Shown piece by piece: positions 53,351 through 63,983 of a stretch of 64,000 nucleotides of DNA (position 1 is its first letter; every line of letters begins with the position of its first letter). The stretch is from Escherichia phage P1: the sequence record OP279344.1. One strand, written 5' to 3'. Under the pieces are notes generated by a model. It ran no database searches and was not told the origin of the DNA. It worked only from the letters and a program-made list of their open reading frames with translations. The position numbers were made by a program, and so were the translations under genes.

Positions 53351-54048
53351 AGATTGCTTTAGTTCTTCGCTCTGGTGGTGACTATAACGCTTCCGATGTG
53401 CAGTGGCTGGTTAATCAACTGCCAAAAGACTATGAAATTATTTGCCTGACAGACCTGAAGTGTTTACATGTACCTGGCGTCAAAGTTATCCCATTGATCA
53501 ACCAGTGGCAAAAGTGCCGTGGCTGGTGGGCGAAAATCGAGTTGTTCCGACCGGATATAACCGATGATCTGTTCTATCTGGATTTGGACACGGTTATTGC
53601 CGGTGATATACGCCCAATCCTTGAGAATCCACCAACCAGCTTCACCATGCTTAGGGATTTTTACCATCCACAATATCGTGGTAGCGGTGCCCTGTGGATA
53701 CCAAATAGTGTTAAAGCGCATATCTGGAGTTCATTCTGGCAAGATCCGGAAGGTTGGATTTCTCGTTGTGTCACTACTGAGTGCTGGGGTGACCAGGGGT
53801 TCTTACGAAAGGTTATGGGCGATGATACACCAGCATTTCAGGATCTGTATCCAGGATGGTTTGTAAGTTACAAGGCCGATGTTGTGGAACCTGGTTCAAA
53901 ATATGCGAGCGCGCGTTACTCCAGGGGGAATGGGGCATTACCAAAAGACTGCCGAATAATCTTTTTCCACGGCAAACCGCGACCTCGCGAAGTGTCAGAG
54001 GATTGGCTTCCCCTTATCAGCTCATTTTTTGAGCGAGAATCAGAATAA
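53347..54048 (+). CDS. GT8-like glycosyltransferase, 233 aa
   Basis: YLDLDTV (DxD) and C-terminal FHGKPRP resembling the GT8 HxxGxxKPW motif; coupled to the phosphatase stop. Confidence 0.45.
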
Positions 54049-54049
54049 T

Positions 54050-54115
54050 ATTGCTCTAATAATTCCATATTTTTAAAACGTGATGTACACTCATCACGTT
54101 TTTTATTAGAGCAAT
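54050..54115. terminator. Bidirectional intrinsic terminator flanked by two inverted C1 operator copies
   Basis: ATTGCTCTAATAATTCC ... aaaacgtgatg-tacact-catcacgtttt ... TTTTATTAGAGCAAT. Confidence 0.6.
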
Positions 54116-54349
54116 CTACAAGGTGCACTATGTGGCCATTCCGACGGAAATATCACTACTGGCTGATCGCCTTTGTTACGCCGACCGGCGGTATCAGGCA
54201 TGTCATCACCAGGTATCGCAACAAGAGACTCACCTTAGCCAGAATTTTACAGGCTGCCATAGGTGAGGGACTGGATACAAATTGCGTAGTCCTTCCTCCT
54301 TCATACTTAGGAAAAATGACCGAAGCACAAGCTAATACGGAACTTTGAA

Positions 54350-55612
54350 ATGATCACTTCAGCACAAAACCAATCAATCGAAAATGTATCTATCCCGGAT
54401 GTCCTGAATGCCGGTATCCCGGCCATTATCCAGAACATCCGGGCCGCGCAACGCCGCGTTAGTTGTGATGACCTCACAGCACGTTTTTTTGATAATGCGG
54501 TTCAGTCAGCGGAGATGCTTCACGCACAGCTTATTGATGTTTATAACGCAGAAGCTGATAGCCATAACTCCCTGGTAGATGCAGCTGAAAATATGCAGTT
54601 GGATCTCGGTCTGAAGGGTAAAGAAATTGAAGAGCTTCAGCTGCAAATTGAACATTTGAAACGCCAGCAACAGGACGCGATCGACGATGCGACGCATGAT
54701 GCCAACCAGCGTGCTGATAATGCCGAACGTATAAGCATTGAGCTGGAAACAAAACTCAATGAAATGACCGCGATGGTTGAACTGCGGAACTCACAGATTT
54801 CAACGCTAAAATCTCAATATAAAGAGATCATGAAACTTGATCCTTTTAACCTTGAGAAACGCTATAACAAAGCTAAAAGCGAGCGACAGGAACTGCGTAA
54901 ACAGGTCGCCGACCTTAACCAACAGCTCAAAAAAACTATTAAAGATGCAAGCGAAGCGCGCGTGGCATTTGCTAATAAAAAAGCAGAGGTTACCGCGCTG
55001 GTTAATGAGAATGCCAAATTTGCGACGCTCAAGAAGGAAATGTATGGCATTACTGAGCGCCGTTTCCCTGCAAGCAAACTTCATCCGACGTTAGGGCAAA
55101 TCTCCTTCTTCCCGCGCCTCCTGGCTTATGGGATCTCATCGCCTAAAGAGTTCAATAACGAGCGTCCTTATATCGTTTCTAAGCTGGACTTTGCTTATCA
55201 GTTCTGCTGCGACATGGGCTATGCCATTGATATCCGAATCAACGAATGGTTGATGCCAAACTTCCAGCCGTTGGCAATTTTCCGCGAGTTCCAGCCGGAA
55301 GGTTGGGTAGAGTTCTTCCATGAATTGATCTGTAAAGAGATGGAAAGCCGCCGCCCGGAATTGGTCCGTCGAGTTGAGTGGGCGCAAGAGGTTATGTTGG
55401 CAGATGCAGAGCTGCCGTTCGAACCGGAATTCATTGATGATCTGGCAACTAAAGGGTTGCATACCCTGTTTGATGTGGTTACCCGCCGTCATGAGCAGTT
55501 GGTTGTCGAATTGGGTTTAGAGGAAACAGCGGCAAGAAGACTTCTCGATGTTTGTTATGCACGTAGCGATGCATGGGAAAAAGAGAACGGCGGCACTATT
55601 TACGTTCGCTGA
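54350..55612 (+). CDS. Coiled-coil protein, 420 aa (the 72-aa ORF at 54130-54348 precedes it)
   Basis: ORF track; heptad-rich central region. Confidence 0.35.
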   Translation: MITSAQNQSIENVSIPDVLNAGIPAIIQNIRAAQRRVSCDDLTARFFDNAVQSAEMLHAQLIDVYNAEADSHNSLVDAAENMQLDLGLKGKEIEELQLQIEHLKRQQQDAIDDATHDANQRADNAERISIELETKLNEMTAMVELRNSQISTLKSQYKEIMKLDPFNLEKRYNKAKSERQELRKQVADLNQQLKKTIKDASEARVAFANKKAEVTALVNENAKFATLKKEMYGITERRFPASKLHPTLGQISFFPRLLAYGISSPKEFNNERPYIVSKLDFAYQFCCDMGYAIDIRINEWLMPNFQPLAIFREFQPEGWVEFFHELICKEMESRRPELVRRVEWAQEVMLADAELPFEPEFIDDLATKGLHTLFDVVTRRHEQLVVELGLEETAARRLLDVCYARSDAWEKENGGTIYVR

Positions 55613-55684
55613 TAGTTACAGTGTCACTTTTAATGCTGGTGGAGTGCGCCCACCAGCATTTTTTTCGTCCAATGAGGAGGGCAT

Positions 55685-56191
55685 TTGAGTATTTTCAATA
55701 AACACGCACACCCGGAACGTCCGTACATCGTCATAGTAGATATTGATGGGACGATATCAGAGGCAACGGAAGACAGGCTGCATTTACTTCCACCACCTGG
55801 CAAAGGTGCATTAACAGAGCACTGGAACGAGTTTAACCTTGCCTGTGACACCGATACTCCCATCACTCCAGTTATTGATATGGTGCGCCAGTTATTTAAC
55901 GTTTACACGGTCTGGTTTGTAACCGGGCGCTGTGAGATCGCAAGGGATAAAACACGAGCCTGGCTGCGGAAGTACGTAACAAACGGGGCTGAGCCTTTGC
56001 TATCTATGCGTCCTGCCACCGATGACAGAAATGACGGCCCAGCAAAGATTGATCTCCTTAAGAAAATTGGTCTAAGTAAAATCGCGTTCGCGCTGGAAGA
56101 TAAGATTGAAGTGGCGCGTGTTTTCAGGAGGCACGGCGTGCTTACGTTAATGGTCAGGGAGTATGAAAATGCGCTTCTTCATCAACAATAA
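55685..56191 (+). CDS. HAD-superfamily phosphatase, 168 aa
   Basis: Motif I IVIVDIDGTIS (DxDGT). Confidence 0.6.
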   Translation: MSIFNKHAHPERPYIVIVDIDGTISEATEDRLHLLPPPGKGALTEHWNEFNLACDTDTPITPVIDMVRQLFNVYTVWFVTGRCEIARDKTRAWLRKYVTNGAEPLLSMRPATDDRNDGPAKIDLLKKIGLSKIAFALEDKIEVARVFRRHGVLTLMVREYENALLHQQ

Positions 56192-56207
56192 TTGCTCTAA
56201 TAAATCT
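56191..56207 (+). promoter_or_regulatory. C1 operator abutting the HAD phosphatase stop
   Basis: ATTGCTCTAATAAATCT, 16/17. Confidence 0.6.
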
Positions 56208-56385
56208 TGATTTTTAAAACAGAGAAAGTGAAAATAAAAACATGCCGCAAGGCGCGGCATGTTTCCAATCAATCACAGGAGCTGAAAATATGAACACGGC
56301 ATTCAAAATCATTATGGCCGCGATCTATTTCTGGCTGTTCTCTATCACTTTTGGCGGCATCGTCGCGCATGGGTAAGGGGGATGC

Positions 56386-57174
56386 ATGAAAGGCGAAGTG
56401 AAAGAGCGCGGCATGATTTTCAACGATGAGATGGTCCGGGCCATCCTCGAAGGAAGGAAAACGCAGACGCGGCGGATAATGAAAAATCAGCCTGCGGAAG
56501 TTGGTCCAGAAGCACCAGTGATGGTTAGAAAAATTGGTGCAGGTTTTCAGTGGTACGGGGCTGATGGTGTAAGCAGTGTTTTCAATTGCCCATTTGGTAT
56601 CGTCGGCGATCGAATTTGGGTTCGTGAAACATGGGCGATATTAGGCAATGAGGATGGTTGCAGTGTGGACTGGAACGACAACCTTTGTCGTGGCGATGAG
56701 AAGAACGCAGCAAGGATTTATCGGGCCAGTTGCGAGCAAAAACCTGGTGATTACGGCTTATGGTCGATACCCGATGATGCCGACTGGAAACCTCACACTG
56801 TGAATGAAAAGTTTGATGGTGGGTGGCGTCCATCAATTCACATGCCGCGATGGGCATCACGCATTCTGTTGGAAATTACCAACGTGCGCGTTGAACGGTT
56901 GAACGATATCAGCGAATGCGATGCAAGGGATGAGGGCGTTCCGCCTGCTGGAAGTTTGCTTCCTGATCACCCGGGAACATTCCTTACTCCCAAGGGGGAT
57001 TTCGCAATGGCCAAGGTTGCGTTCCAGCACCTGGAGGATTTAAGCACCGGGAAGAAAGAGGCGTTACCAGTAGATGACGATGGTTACACGTGTAGTAATG
57101 CTGTTTTTGGTGTGATCACTCATGTCATCAATGATGCCCGGAGTGGAGAGTTTGATGATTGTCCGGTCATTTAA
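56386..57174 (+). CDS. Hypothetical protein with N-terminal GRKTQTRR motif, 262 aa
   Basis: ORF track; MIFNDEMVRAILEGRKTQTRR. Confidence 0.3.
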   Translation: MKGEVKERGMIFNDEMVRAILEGRKTQTRRIMKNQPAEVGPEAPVMVRKIGAGFQWYGADGVSSVFNCPFGIVGDRIWVRETWAILGNEDGCSVDWNDNLCRGDEKNAARIYRASCEQKPGDYGLWSIPDDADWKPHTVNEKFDGGWRPSIHMPRWASRILLEITNVRVERLNDISECDARDEGVPPAGSLLPDHPGTFLTPKGDFAMAKVAFQHLEDLSTGKKEALPVDDDGYTCSNAVFGVITHVINDARSGEFDDCPVI

Positions 57175-57246
57175 GCTGCAAAGTGCTGGTGCTTTATGCC
57201 TGTGAAGTTTATAATTGTGTACACATAACGAGTACACGAGGTGTTT

Positions 57247-57468
57247 ATGCAATCCATTAACTTCCGTACCGCGCGCGGCAACCTTTCTGAAGTGCTCAAC
57301 AATGTTGAAGCCGGGGAAGAGGTTGAAATCACCCGCAGAGGCCGTGAGCCAGCAGTAATTGTCAGCAAGGCTACTTTCGAAGCCTACAAAAAAGCGGCGC
57401 TGGATGCTGAATTTGCATCCCTGTTTGACACCCTGGACTCCACCAACAAGGAACTGGTTAACCGATAA
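57247..57468 (+). CDS. phd: Phd antitoxin, 73 aa
   Basis: [39 protein letters not shown]... recognised as P1 Phd; overlaps doc start. Confidence 0.95.
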
Positions 57469-57848
57469 TGAGGCATATATCACCGGAAGAACTTATTGCG
57501 CTTCATGATGCGAATATAAGCCGCTACGGCGGCCTGCCGGGAATGTCTGATCCGGGTAGGGCAGAGGCCATTATCGGGAGAGTTCAGGCCAGAGTTGCCT
57601 ACGAAGAGATCACCGACCTTTTCGAAGTCTCCGCCACCTACCTGGTGGCTACAGCGAGAGGGCATATATTCAATGATGCCAATAAGCGTACCGCGCTAAA
57701 CAGTGCGCTGCTATTTCTACGCCGTAACGGGGTGCAGGTATTTGATTCACCTGAACTGGCAGACCTTACTGTAGGAGCTGCGACTGGCGAGATATCTGTA
57801 TCTTCTGTCGCCGACACGTTACGTAGATTGTATGGTTCTGCGGAGTAG
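57468..57848 (+). CDS. doc: Doc toxin (Fic-fold kinase), 126 aa
   Basis: [13 protein letters not shown] Fic-type motif; TAATG coupling to phd. Confidence 0.95.
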
Positions 57849-58059
57849 ATTAATGGCACGCAAATACAACAAATTGTCCCGTGAAGCGTTAAAGATGCTT
57901 CTTGATGGCGTGAGTCGCCGCAAGGTAAAGCAATACCTGGTTGGTAAGCAAATTGGTGCCAGGACCGCTATTGCTGTGTTATGCCGTCAGGAAATGGTTG
58001 TGCTTAAACAGAGAATGCCGGGCAGCAGATAAAGCCCAATCAGTGATTAAAGGTGTGAT

Positions 58060-59103
58060 GTGAAAGCCATAATTACTCCCTTTGTACAGAAAGAGCTTGG
58101 CCTCGCCACGTTCAAAGTGGATCAGGAGGTCAGAAAGCTGGTGGAGGCTGGCCGTAAATTTATTATGGAGCCGGTGCCGCGTGAGTTAATCGAGCACATG
58201 GAAGACGGCCTCGTTGTTACCGAGCAAACCATGGCAACAAATGAGGCATTGCAGCCGTTTTTTAACAGCGATGAACTGTTTCGCCGTATTGGTGGAATTG
58301 ACGCGCTGGTGGCGTGGTTGCGTAGGAAAGAGGGTCAATGCCAGGCCGCAGATCGTAGTTGGTGTGACAACCATATTGTCCACGCTGAACGAGACAATAG
58401 CGCGGTGTTGTTGTGCTGGCATCACGATAACCATTACCGGATGCGTGGTTTTAATGAGCTGAAAGAAACGCTGCACAATAATCGCGTTAACTGGATACTG
58501 GATGTCGCCCGTCAGGAAATGGGCCTTTCAAATAGCCATGATTTAAGTATTCAGGAGCTGTGCTGGTGGGCTTTCATGCGCAACATGATGCACCTGATGC
58601 CGGAAGAAGTCTGCCGCATATCAATAAATAAGATGAAGGCTACTCCGCAGGATAGCGGACCTCTGAAAGAGGCGGATATTCGCCCGTATGACGATCGCGC
58701 TACAGCATATGTTCAGATGATGGAAGAACGCTCCGCGCCGATGCGTGCAAAAGTATGCCCTGTGGATGTTGACTCCGACCCAGGTATGGCGCATTTCAAA
58801 ATACCAAAACTTCAATCGCTAAAATTACCTGAGTACATGGACTTTGTTGCTTCCCGTCCATGCTGTGGGTGTGGAGCTGCGGGAGCTGGCGCTCACATTA
58901 CGCCTTATATCGTTCGTCATAGTCGATTATGCGCGCATGACATTTACGCAATTCCTCTGTGCCAGTCATGCCAGCGTGATATTGAGCGTGACCGCTATAA
59001 TTGGGAGAAGACGCACGGTAGGTTGGCGATGCATCAACGATTGTTCTTTGATTACGCGCTTGGAGTGGGCGTTATCACAAGTCATTCGTCGAGTGTTAGA
59101 TAA
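58060..59103 (+). CDS. Hypothetical Cys-rich protein downstream of doc, 347 aa
   Basis: ORF track; the 66-aa ORF 57832-58032 precedes it. Confidence 0.35.
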   Translation: MKAIITPFVQKELGLATFKVDQEVRKLVEAGRKFIMEPVPRELIEHMEDGLVVTEQTMATNEALQPFFNSDELFRRIGGIDALVAWLRRKEGQCQAADRSWCDNHIVHAERDNSAVLLCWHHDNHYRMRGFNELKETLHNNRVNWILDVARQEMGLSNSHDLSIQELCWWAFMRNMMHLMPEEVCRISINKMKATPQDSGPLKEADIRPYDDRATAYVQMMEERSAPMRAKVCPVDVDSDPGMAHFKIPKLQSLKLPEYMDFVASRPCCGCGAAGAGAHITPYIVRHSRLCAHDIYAIPLCQSCQRDIERDRYNWEKTHGRLAMHQRLFFDYALGVGVITSHSSSVR

Positions 59104-59104
59104 A

Positions 59105-59121
59105 ATTGCTCTAATGTATTG
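59105..59121 (+). promoter_or_regulatory. Degenerate C1 operator-like site upstream of lpa
   Basis: ATTGCTCTAATGTATTG, 14/17. Confidence 0.4.
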
Positions 59122-59191
59122 CTATTTCTTTAATCGAGGGTATTATATTCCACGTTGATTAGTTGACATGGGCTAATCAGTAGGTGACAGG

Positions 59192-59644
59192 ATGTTACTT
59201 AACTGGCAGGGACGCCACTTCATGGAAATAAATCACTCACGAATAACATCGTACGAGATTGCGGATTACATGATCCGCACTAAATCTCTTCTATCAGCGA
59301 AAGAACTCGCAGCAATTCTTGAAAAGGAATACCCGCATCTGGATGTCGATAAGCGCGATGTTTATCTGCGCTTAAAGGCTATCGCTGTGTCTAAGTATTC
59401 GTCTGTTTTGATAGATGACAGTACACGCCCACGTAGATTTCAGATCCACTCTCTGAATCCTGAATTCTTTCGCCGTAGCCGCGCTCCGCGCCGGTTTGAT
59501 GAAAAACTCCAGAACGAACTCTATATGACGCAGGACGAAAAGGAACGCCGGGAGCACCAGCCTTGGGTAATGGCGCGTCAACTTTTCAATAAGGTGGCCC
59601 GTCAGCACCGTCATTACGGTAATGCCACATCCGCACGTATCTGA
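59192..59644 (+). CDS. lpa: Late-promoter activator candidate, 150 aa
   Basis: Small basic protein immediately upstream of pacA; positional. Confidence 0.5.
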   Translation: MLLNWQGRHFMEINHSRITSYEIADYMIRTKSLLSAKELAAILEKEYPHLDVDKRDVYLRLKAIAVSKYSSVLIDDSTRPRRFQIHSLNPEFFRRSRAPRRFDEKLQNELYMTQDEKERREHQPWVMARQLFNKVARQHRHYGNATSARI

Positions 59645-59729
59645 TTGATTGCTTGCCCGTTCCGGGCCTTTTGACATGTGACTTTCGTTACCCTCGCGTC
59701 AAAAAGAGTTTTTACGAAAGGAAGCATAA

Positions 59730-60923
59730 GTGACCTGGGACGATCACAAGAAGAATTTTGCTCGCCTGGCGCGAGATGGTGGTTACACCATCGCACAGTA
59801 TGCCGCCGAGTTTAATCTTAACCCTAATACCGCACGTCGTTATCTCCGTGCCTTCAAAGAAGACACCAGGACTACGGACAGCCGCAAGCCAAATAAGCCA
59901 GTCAGGAAGCCACTAAAAAGCATGATCATTGATCACTCTAATGATCAACATGCAGGTGATCACATTGCGGCTGAAATAGCGGAAAAACAAAGAGTTAATG
60001 CCGTTGTCAGTGCCGCAGTCGAGAATGCGAAGCGCCAAAATAAGCGCATAAATGATCGTTCAGATGATCATGACGTGATCACCCGCGCCCACCGGACCTT
60101 ACGTGATCGCCTGGAACGCGACACCCTGGATGATGATGGTGAACGCTTTGAATTCGAAGTTGGCGATTACCTGATAGATAACGTTGAAGCGCGGAAGGCC
60201 GCGCGCGCTATGTTGCGTCGGTCCGGGGCCGATGTTCTGGAAACCACTCTTCTGGAAAAGTCTCTTTCTCATCTCCTTATGCTGGAGAACGCCAGGGATA
60301 CGTGTATTCGCCTGGTGCAGGAAATGCGCGATCAGCAAAAAGACGATGATGAAGGTACTCCGCCTGAATACCGTATCGCGAGCATGCTAAACAGCTGTTC
60401 CGCGCAGATAAGCAGCCTGATCAACACCATTTACAGCATCCGGAATAACTATCGAAAAGAAAGCCGGGAGGCGGAAAAGCACGCTTTGTCTATGGGGCAA
60501 GCTGGCATTGTTAAGCTGGCATACGAACGAAAGCGTGAAAATAACTGGTCAGTGCTGGAAGCGGCTGAATTCATCGAGGCGCATGGAGGAAAAGTGCCGC
60601 CCCTGATGCTGGAGCAAATCAAAGCCGATCTGCGTGCTCCTAAGACCAATACCGATGATGAGGAAAACCAAACAGCATCTGGCGCTCCATCACTTGAAGA
60701 TCTGGATAAAATCGCGCGAGAACGGGCCGCCAGCCGCCGCGCTGATGCCGCATTGTGGATTGAGCATCGTAGAGAAGAAATTGCCGATATCGTCGATACA
60801 GGTGGTTATGGTGATGTCGATGCGGAAGGCATATCAAACGAAGCATGGCTTGAACAGGATCTGGACGAAGACGAGGAGGAAGACGAAGAAGTTACCCGCA
60901 AACTGTACGGGGATGATGATTAA
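59730..60923 (+). CDS. pacA: PacA terminase small subunit, 397 aa
   Basis: Contains the pac site; acidic C-terminus; coupled to pacB. Confidence 0.85.
59923..60081. other. pac packaging site: 4 + 3 TGATC(A/G) hexamers flanking a ~90-bp core
   Basis: Hexamers at 59923, 59930, 59942, 59957 and 60053, 60065, 60076; each contains a GATC Dam site. Confidence 0.8.
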
Positions 60924-62407
60924 TGGCCAGAAGTTGCGTAACGGACCCACGTTGGCGCGAGCTTGTGGCGCTATATCGTTATGACTGGATTGCGGCCGCT
61001 GATGTGTTGTTTGGGAAGACACCAACCTGGCAGCAGGATGAGATCATTGAGTCCACGCAGCAGGACGGCAGTTGGACAAGTGTGACCTCCGGCCATGGTA
61101 CTGGTAAATCGGATATGACGAGTATCATTGCAATACTCTTCATCATGTTTTTCCCCGGCGCTCGCGTCATTCTGGTCGCTAACAAAAGACAGCAAGTCCT
61201 TGATGGTATTTTCAAATACATAAAGAGCAATTGGGCTACTGCTGTTAGCAGATTCCCGTGGTTGTCGAAGTATTTCATTCTTACAGAAACGTCTTTTTTT
61301 GAGGTGACTGGCAAGGGTGTTTGGACAATATTGATAAAGTCCTGTCGTCCCGGAAATGAGGAGGCGTTGGCTGGTGAACACGCCGATCATCTCTTGTATA
61401 TCATCGACGAAGCGTCGGGTGTGAGTGATAAAGCATTCAGTGTGATAACAGGTGCGCTGACCGGTAAGGATAACCGTATTCTGCTTCTTTCCCAGCCTAC
61501 GCGACCTTCAGGCTATTTCTACGATTCACACCACAGACTAGCTATTCGCCCGGGAAATCCTGATGGATTGTTTACTGCGATAATACTGAATAGTGAAGAA
61601 TCTCCGCTTGTAGATGCAAAATTTATACGAGCAAAACTTGCGGAGTATGGCGGTCGTGATAACCCCATGTACATGATCAAAGTACGTGGTGAATTTCCCA
61701 AATCTCAAGATGGCTTTCTTCTTGGTCGTGATGAGGTTGAGCGGGCGACGCGGCGAAAGGTCAAGATTGCCAAAGGATGGGGCTGGGTTGCATGTGTTGA
61801 CGTTGCTGGTGGCACAGGACGAGATAAGTCCGTTATTAATATCATGATGGTGTCCGGCCAGCGAAATAAACGCCGTGTAATCAACTATCGTATGCTGGAA
61901 TACACAGACGTTACAGAAACGCAGTTAGCCGCCAAGATTTTCGCAGAATGTAACCCAGAACGGTTCCCGAACATAACCATAGCTATTGATGGCGATGGCT
62001 TGGGGAAATCGACGGCTGATCTAATGTACGAACGCTATGGCATTACCGTCCAGCGTATCCGCTGGGGTAAAAAGATGCACAGCCGTGAAGATAAAAGCCT
62101 TTATTTCGATATGCGCGCTTTCGCGAATATTCAGGCGGCAGAAGCTGTAAAATCAGGGCGTATGAGGCTTGATAAGGGGGCTGCGACTATAGAGGAAGCA
62201 TCAAAGATACCGGTAGGGATAAATTCCGCAGGTCAATGGAAGGTGATGTCAAAGGAAGATATGAAGAAAAAACTCAACCTGCACTCACCGGACCATTGGG
62301 ATACATATTGTTTCGCTATGTTGGCGAACTATGTTCCCCAAGATGAAGTGCTTAGCGTCGAAGACGAAGCGCAGGTTGATGAAGCTCTGGCATGGCTTAA
62401 TGAATAA
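60923..62407 (+). CDS. pacB: PacB terminase large subunit, 494 aa
   Basis: Size, position, TAATG coupling to pacA. Confidence 0.8.
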
Positions 62408-62431
62408 CTCATTAACCATGCCGGATGGAAA

Positions 62432-63319
62432 CTATTGCGCGCTTTCGGGGTTGTCGTTTACTGGCTGCCCCTTCTTAGTTTTGCGGCTGCGCGTAACTGA
62501 TGCGGCTGATTTGACCTTTTTCTCTTCGCGAGTGATGGCAATTTGTTTTTTTACATTTTCAATATCTGCCAGGCGATATATTTTTGCCTGCGGCCAGCGG
62601 TCGCAGATGATCGGTTCTATAGAGTCATAAAGGCTAAATTTTGCTTTCTCAAATTCACCGTTGATGATGATTCCATCTCGGAGAGTTTCATCGCAGATAA
62701 ACACGCCACATAGCGGCACATGGTAACTAACTGATTTGCCATCATTGTAGTTAGGGCTACTGGAAATGTAATGGACGCGCAGCATTGTTTCGCTAAAGCC
62801 GTGTACGCGCATACGGAATTTTTCATCCTCCGGGTACTGCTTCATTAGCTCTTTTGTTGCTTCCAGGTTCTCTATGTATTTCGCACTGTGCTCATTGATC
62901 CCCGCGCTTTTTTGGATGCGAATGTCCTTATCAATCAGATGAATAATGCGGCCAGCGGTCATATTGACGCTGTTCACTGCTTCTGTCTGATAAGTCGTAA
63001 CCTTACGCACACCGCGAAGGATGTTAGGTACAGGATATAAAATAGTCTTTGGGATATTGAGATCTGGGTACTGCTCCAGTTCCCGCGCCATTAATGTCCA
63101 TTTATCAATTTCAGCCTGAATGCTGTCCGTTTCTTTGAACGGCAGAACGACAACCGGGCGAACAGGACGACCGTCGCTGGCGGCATCAACGTGTTGGGCG
63201 CGTGCAACAGCTTTTTTTAGAAAGAGATCCCTGAAGCTGACGAACTCCTGGTACAGTGTTCGCCGTAGACATAATTTATCATTGATCCTCCTCCAGAATT
63301 GACATGGCCAACAACTCAC
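62432..63319 (-). CDS. c1: C1 repressor of lysogeny; annotated frame begins at GTG 63319, but the SD-preceded ATG at ~63282 is out of frame (see findings)
   Basis: Body LYQEFVSFRDLFLKKAVARAQHVDAASDGRPVR... recognised as P1-family C1; C1 operators upstream. Confidence 0.8.
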   Translation of the reverse strand: MSCWPCQFWRRINDKLCLRRTLYQEFVSFRDLFLKKAVARAQHVDAASDGRPVRPVVVLPFKETDSIQAEIDKWTLMARELEQYPDLNIPKTILYPVPNILRGVRKVTTYQTEAVNSVNMTAGRIIHLIDKDIRIQKSAGINEHSAKYIENLEATKELMKQYPEDEKFRMRVHGFSETMLRVHYISSSPNYNDGKSVSYHVPLCGVFICDETLRDGIIINGEFEKAKFSLYDSIEPIICDRWPQAKIYRLADIENVKKQIAITREEKKVKSAASVTRSRKTKKGQPVNDNPESAQ

Positions 63320-63376
63320 AGCGGATTACACTGGGAGTTGTTGGCCACCATTATAGAAGGATCCAACGAAAATAAT

Positions 63377-63393
63377 AGATTTATTAGTGCATT
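63377..63393 (-). promoter_or_regulatory. C1 operator-like site between coi and c1
   Basis: Minus strand AATGCACTAATAAATCT, 14/17. Confidence 0.5.
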
Positions 63394-63602
63394 TATTGTG
63401 AGTCTGGCTGGTTAGTGGCCATGAGATATTCGATTGTGTCAGTGAGATCATCCAGGTCGTCTTGGGTGATGCGGTACTCCTGATTGGATATCTTTGAGTA
63501 GTGTTCAGCAATGGCGCGGGCAGCGTCGGTTTCGGCGGGGTCTACAGATAAAGCGTTAGAGCAATGTCTAACGTCGTCGATGGTTGGTGGAATGAAAGCC
63601 AT
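63393..63602 (-). CDS. coi: Coi (C1 inactivator), 69 aa
   Basis: 69-codon acidic ORF immediately upstream of c1 on the same strand; positional. Confidence 0.55.
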   Translation of the reverse strand: MAFIPPTIDDVRHCSNALSVDPAETDAARAIAEHYSKISNQEYRITQDDLDDLTDTIEYLMATNQPDSQ

Positions 63603-63840
63603 AATTATGCCTCACTGTATTGACAACACAGAGCCTGAAGCTCTGACCTACTGTTTCACCCATGATCCATGCTGGGGTAATCTAACAACATTGCGCTGTG
63701 TGTAAGATGAGCAATGTATAGCTGTAATGCCGTTGTATAAGGTTTCCCTGTTTGCTCATTTCCTTCTGAGCCGCTCTACAACGCTGAAGACACATTAAAT
63801 AGTGAATCCAAAGTCGTATTACGAAACGGCGGCAAAACTA

Positions 63841-63857
63841 TAATTTATTAGAGCAAT
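63841..63857 (-). promoter_or_regulatory. C1 operator upstream of coi-c1
   Basis: Minus strand ATTGCTCTAATAAATTA, 16/17. Confidence 0.65.
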
Positions 63858-63923
63858 TGTCAAACAACTATGAAAAACAATCCAGTTTTTGGCTGGTGGA
63901 GTGGGATTTTTCTCTCAAAATTT

Positions 63924-63940
63924 ATTGCTCTAATAATTCT
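63924..63940 (+). promoter_or_regulatory. C1 operator upstream of coi-c1
   Basis: ATTGCTCTAATAATTCT, 15/17. Confidence 0.6.
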
Positions 63941-63983
63941 TGATTTTTATGCGCAGCTGGACGTAAACTCCTCTTCAGACCTA

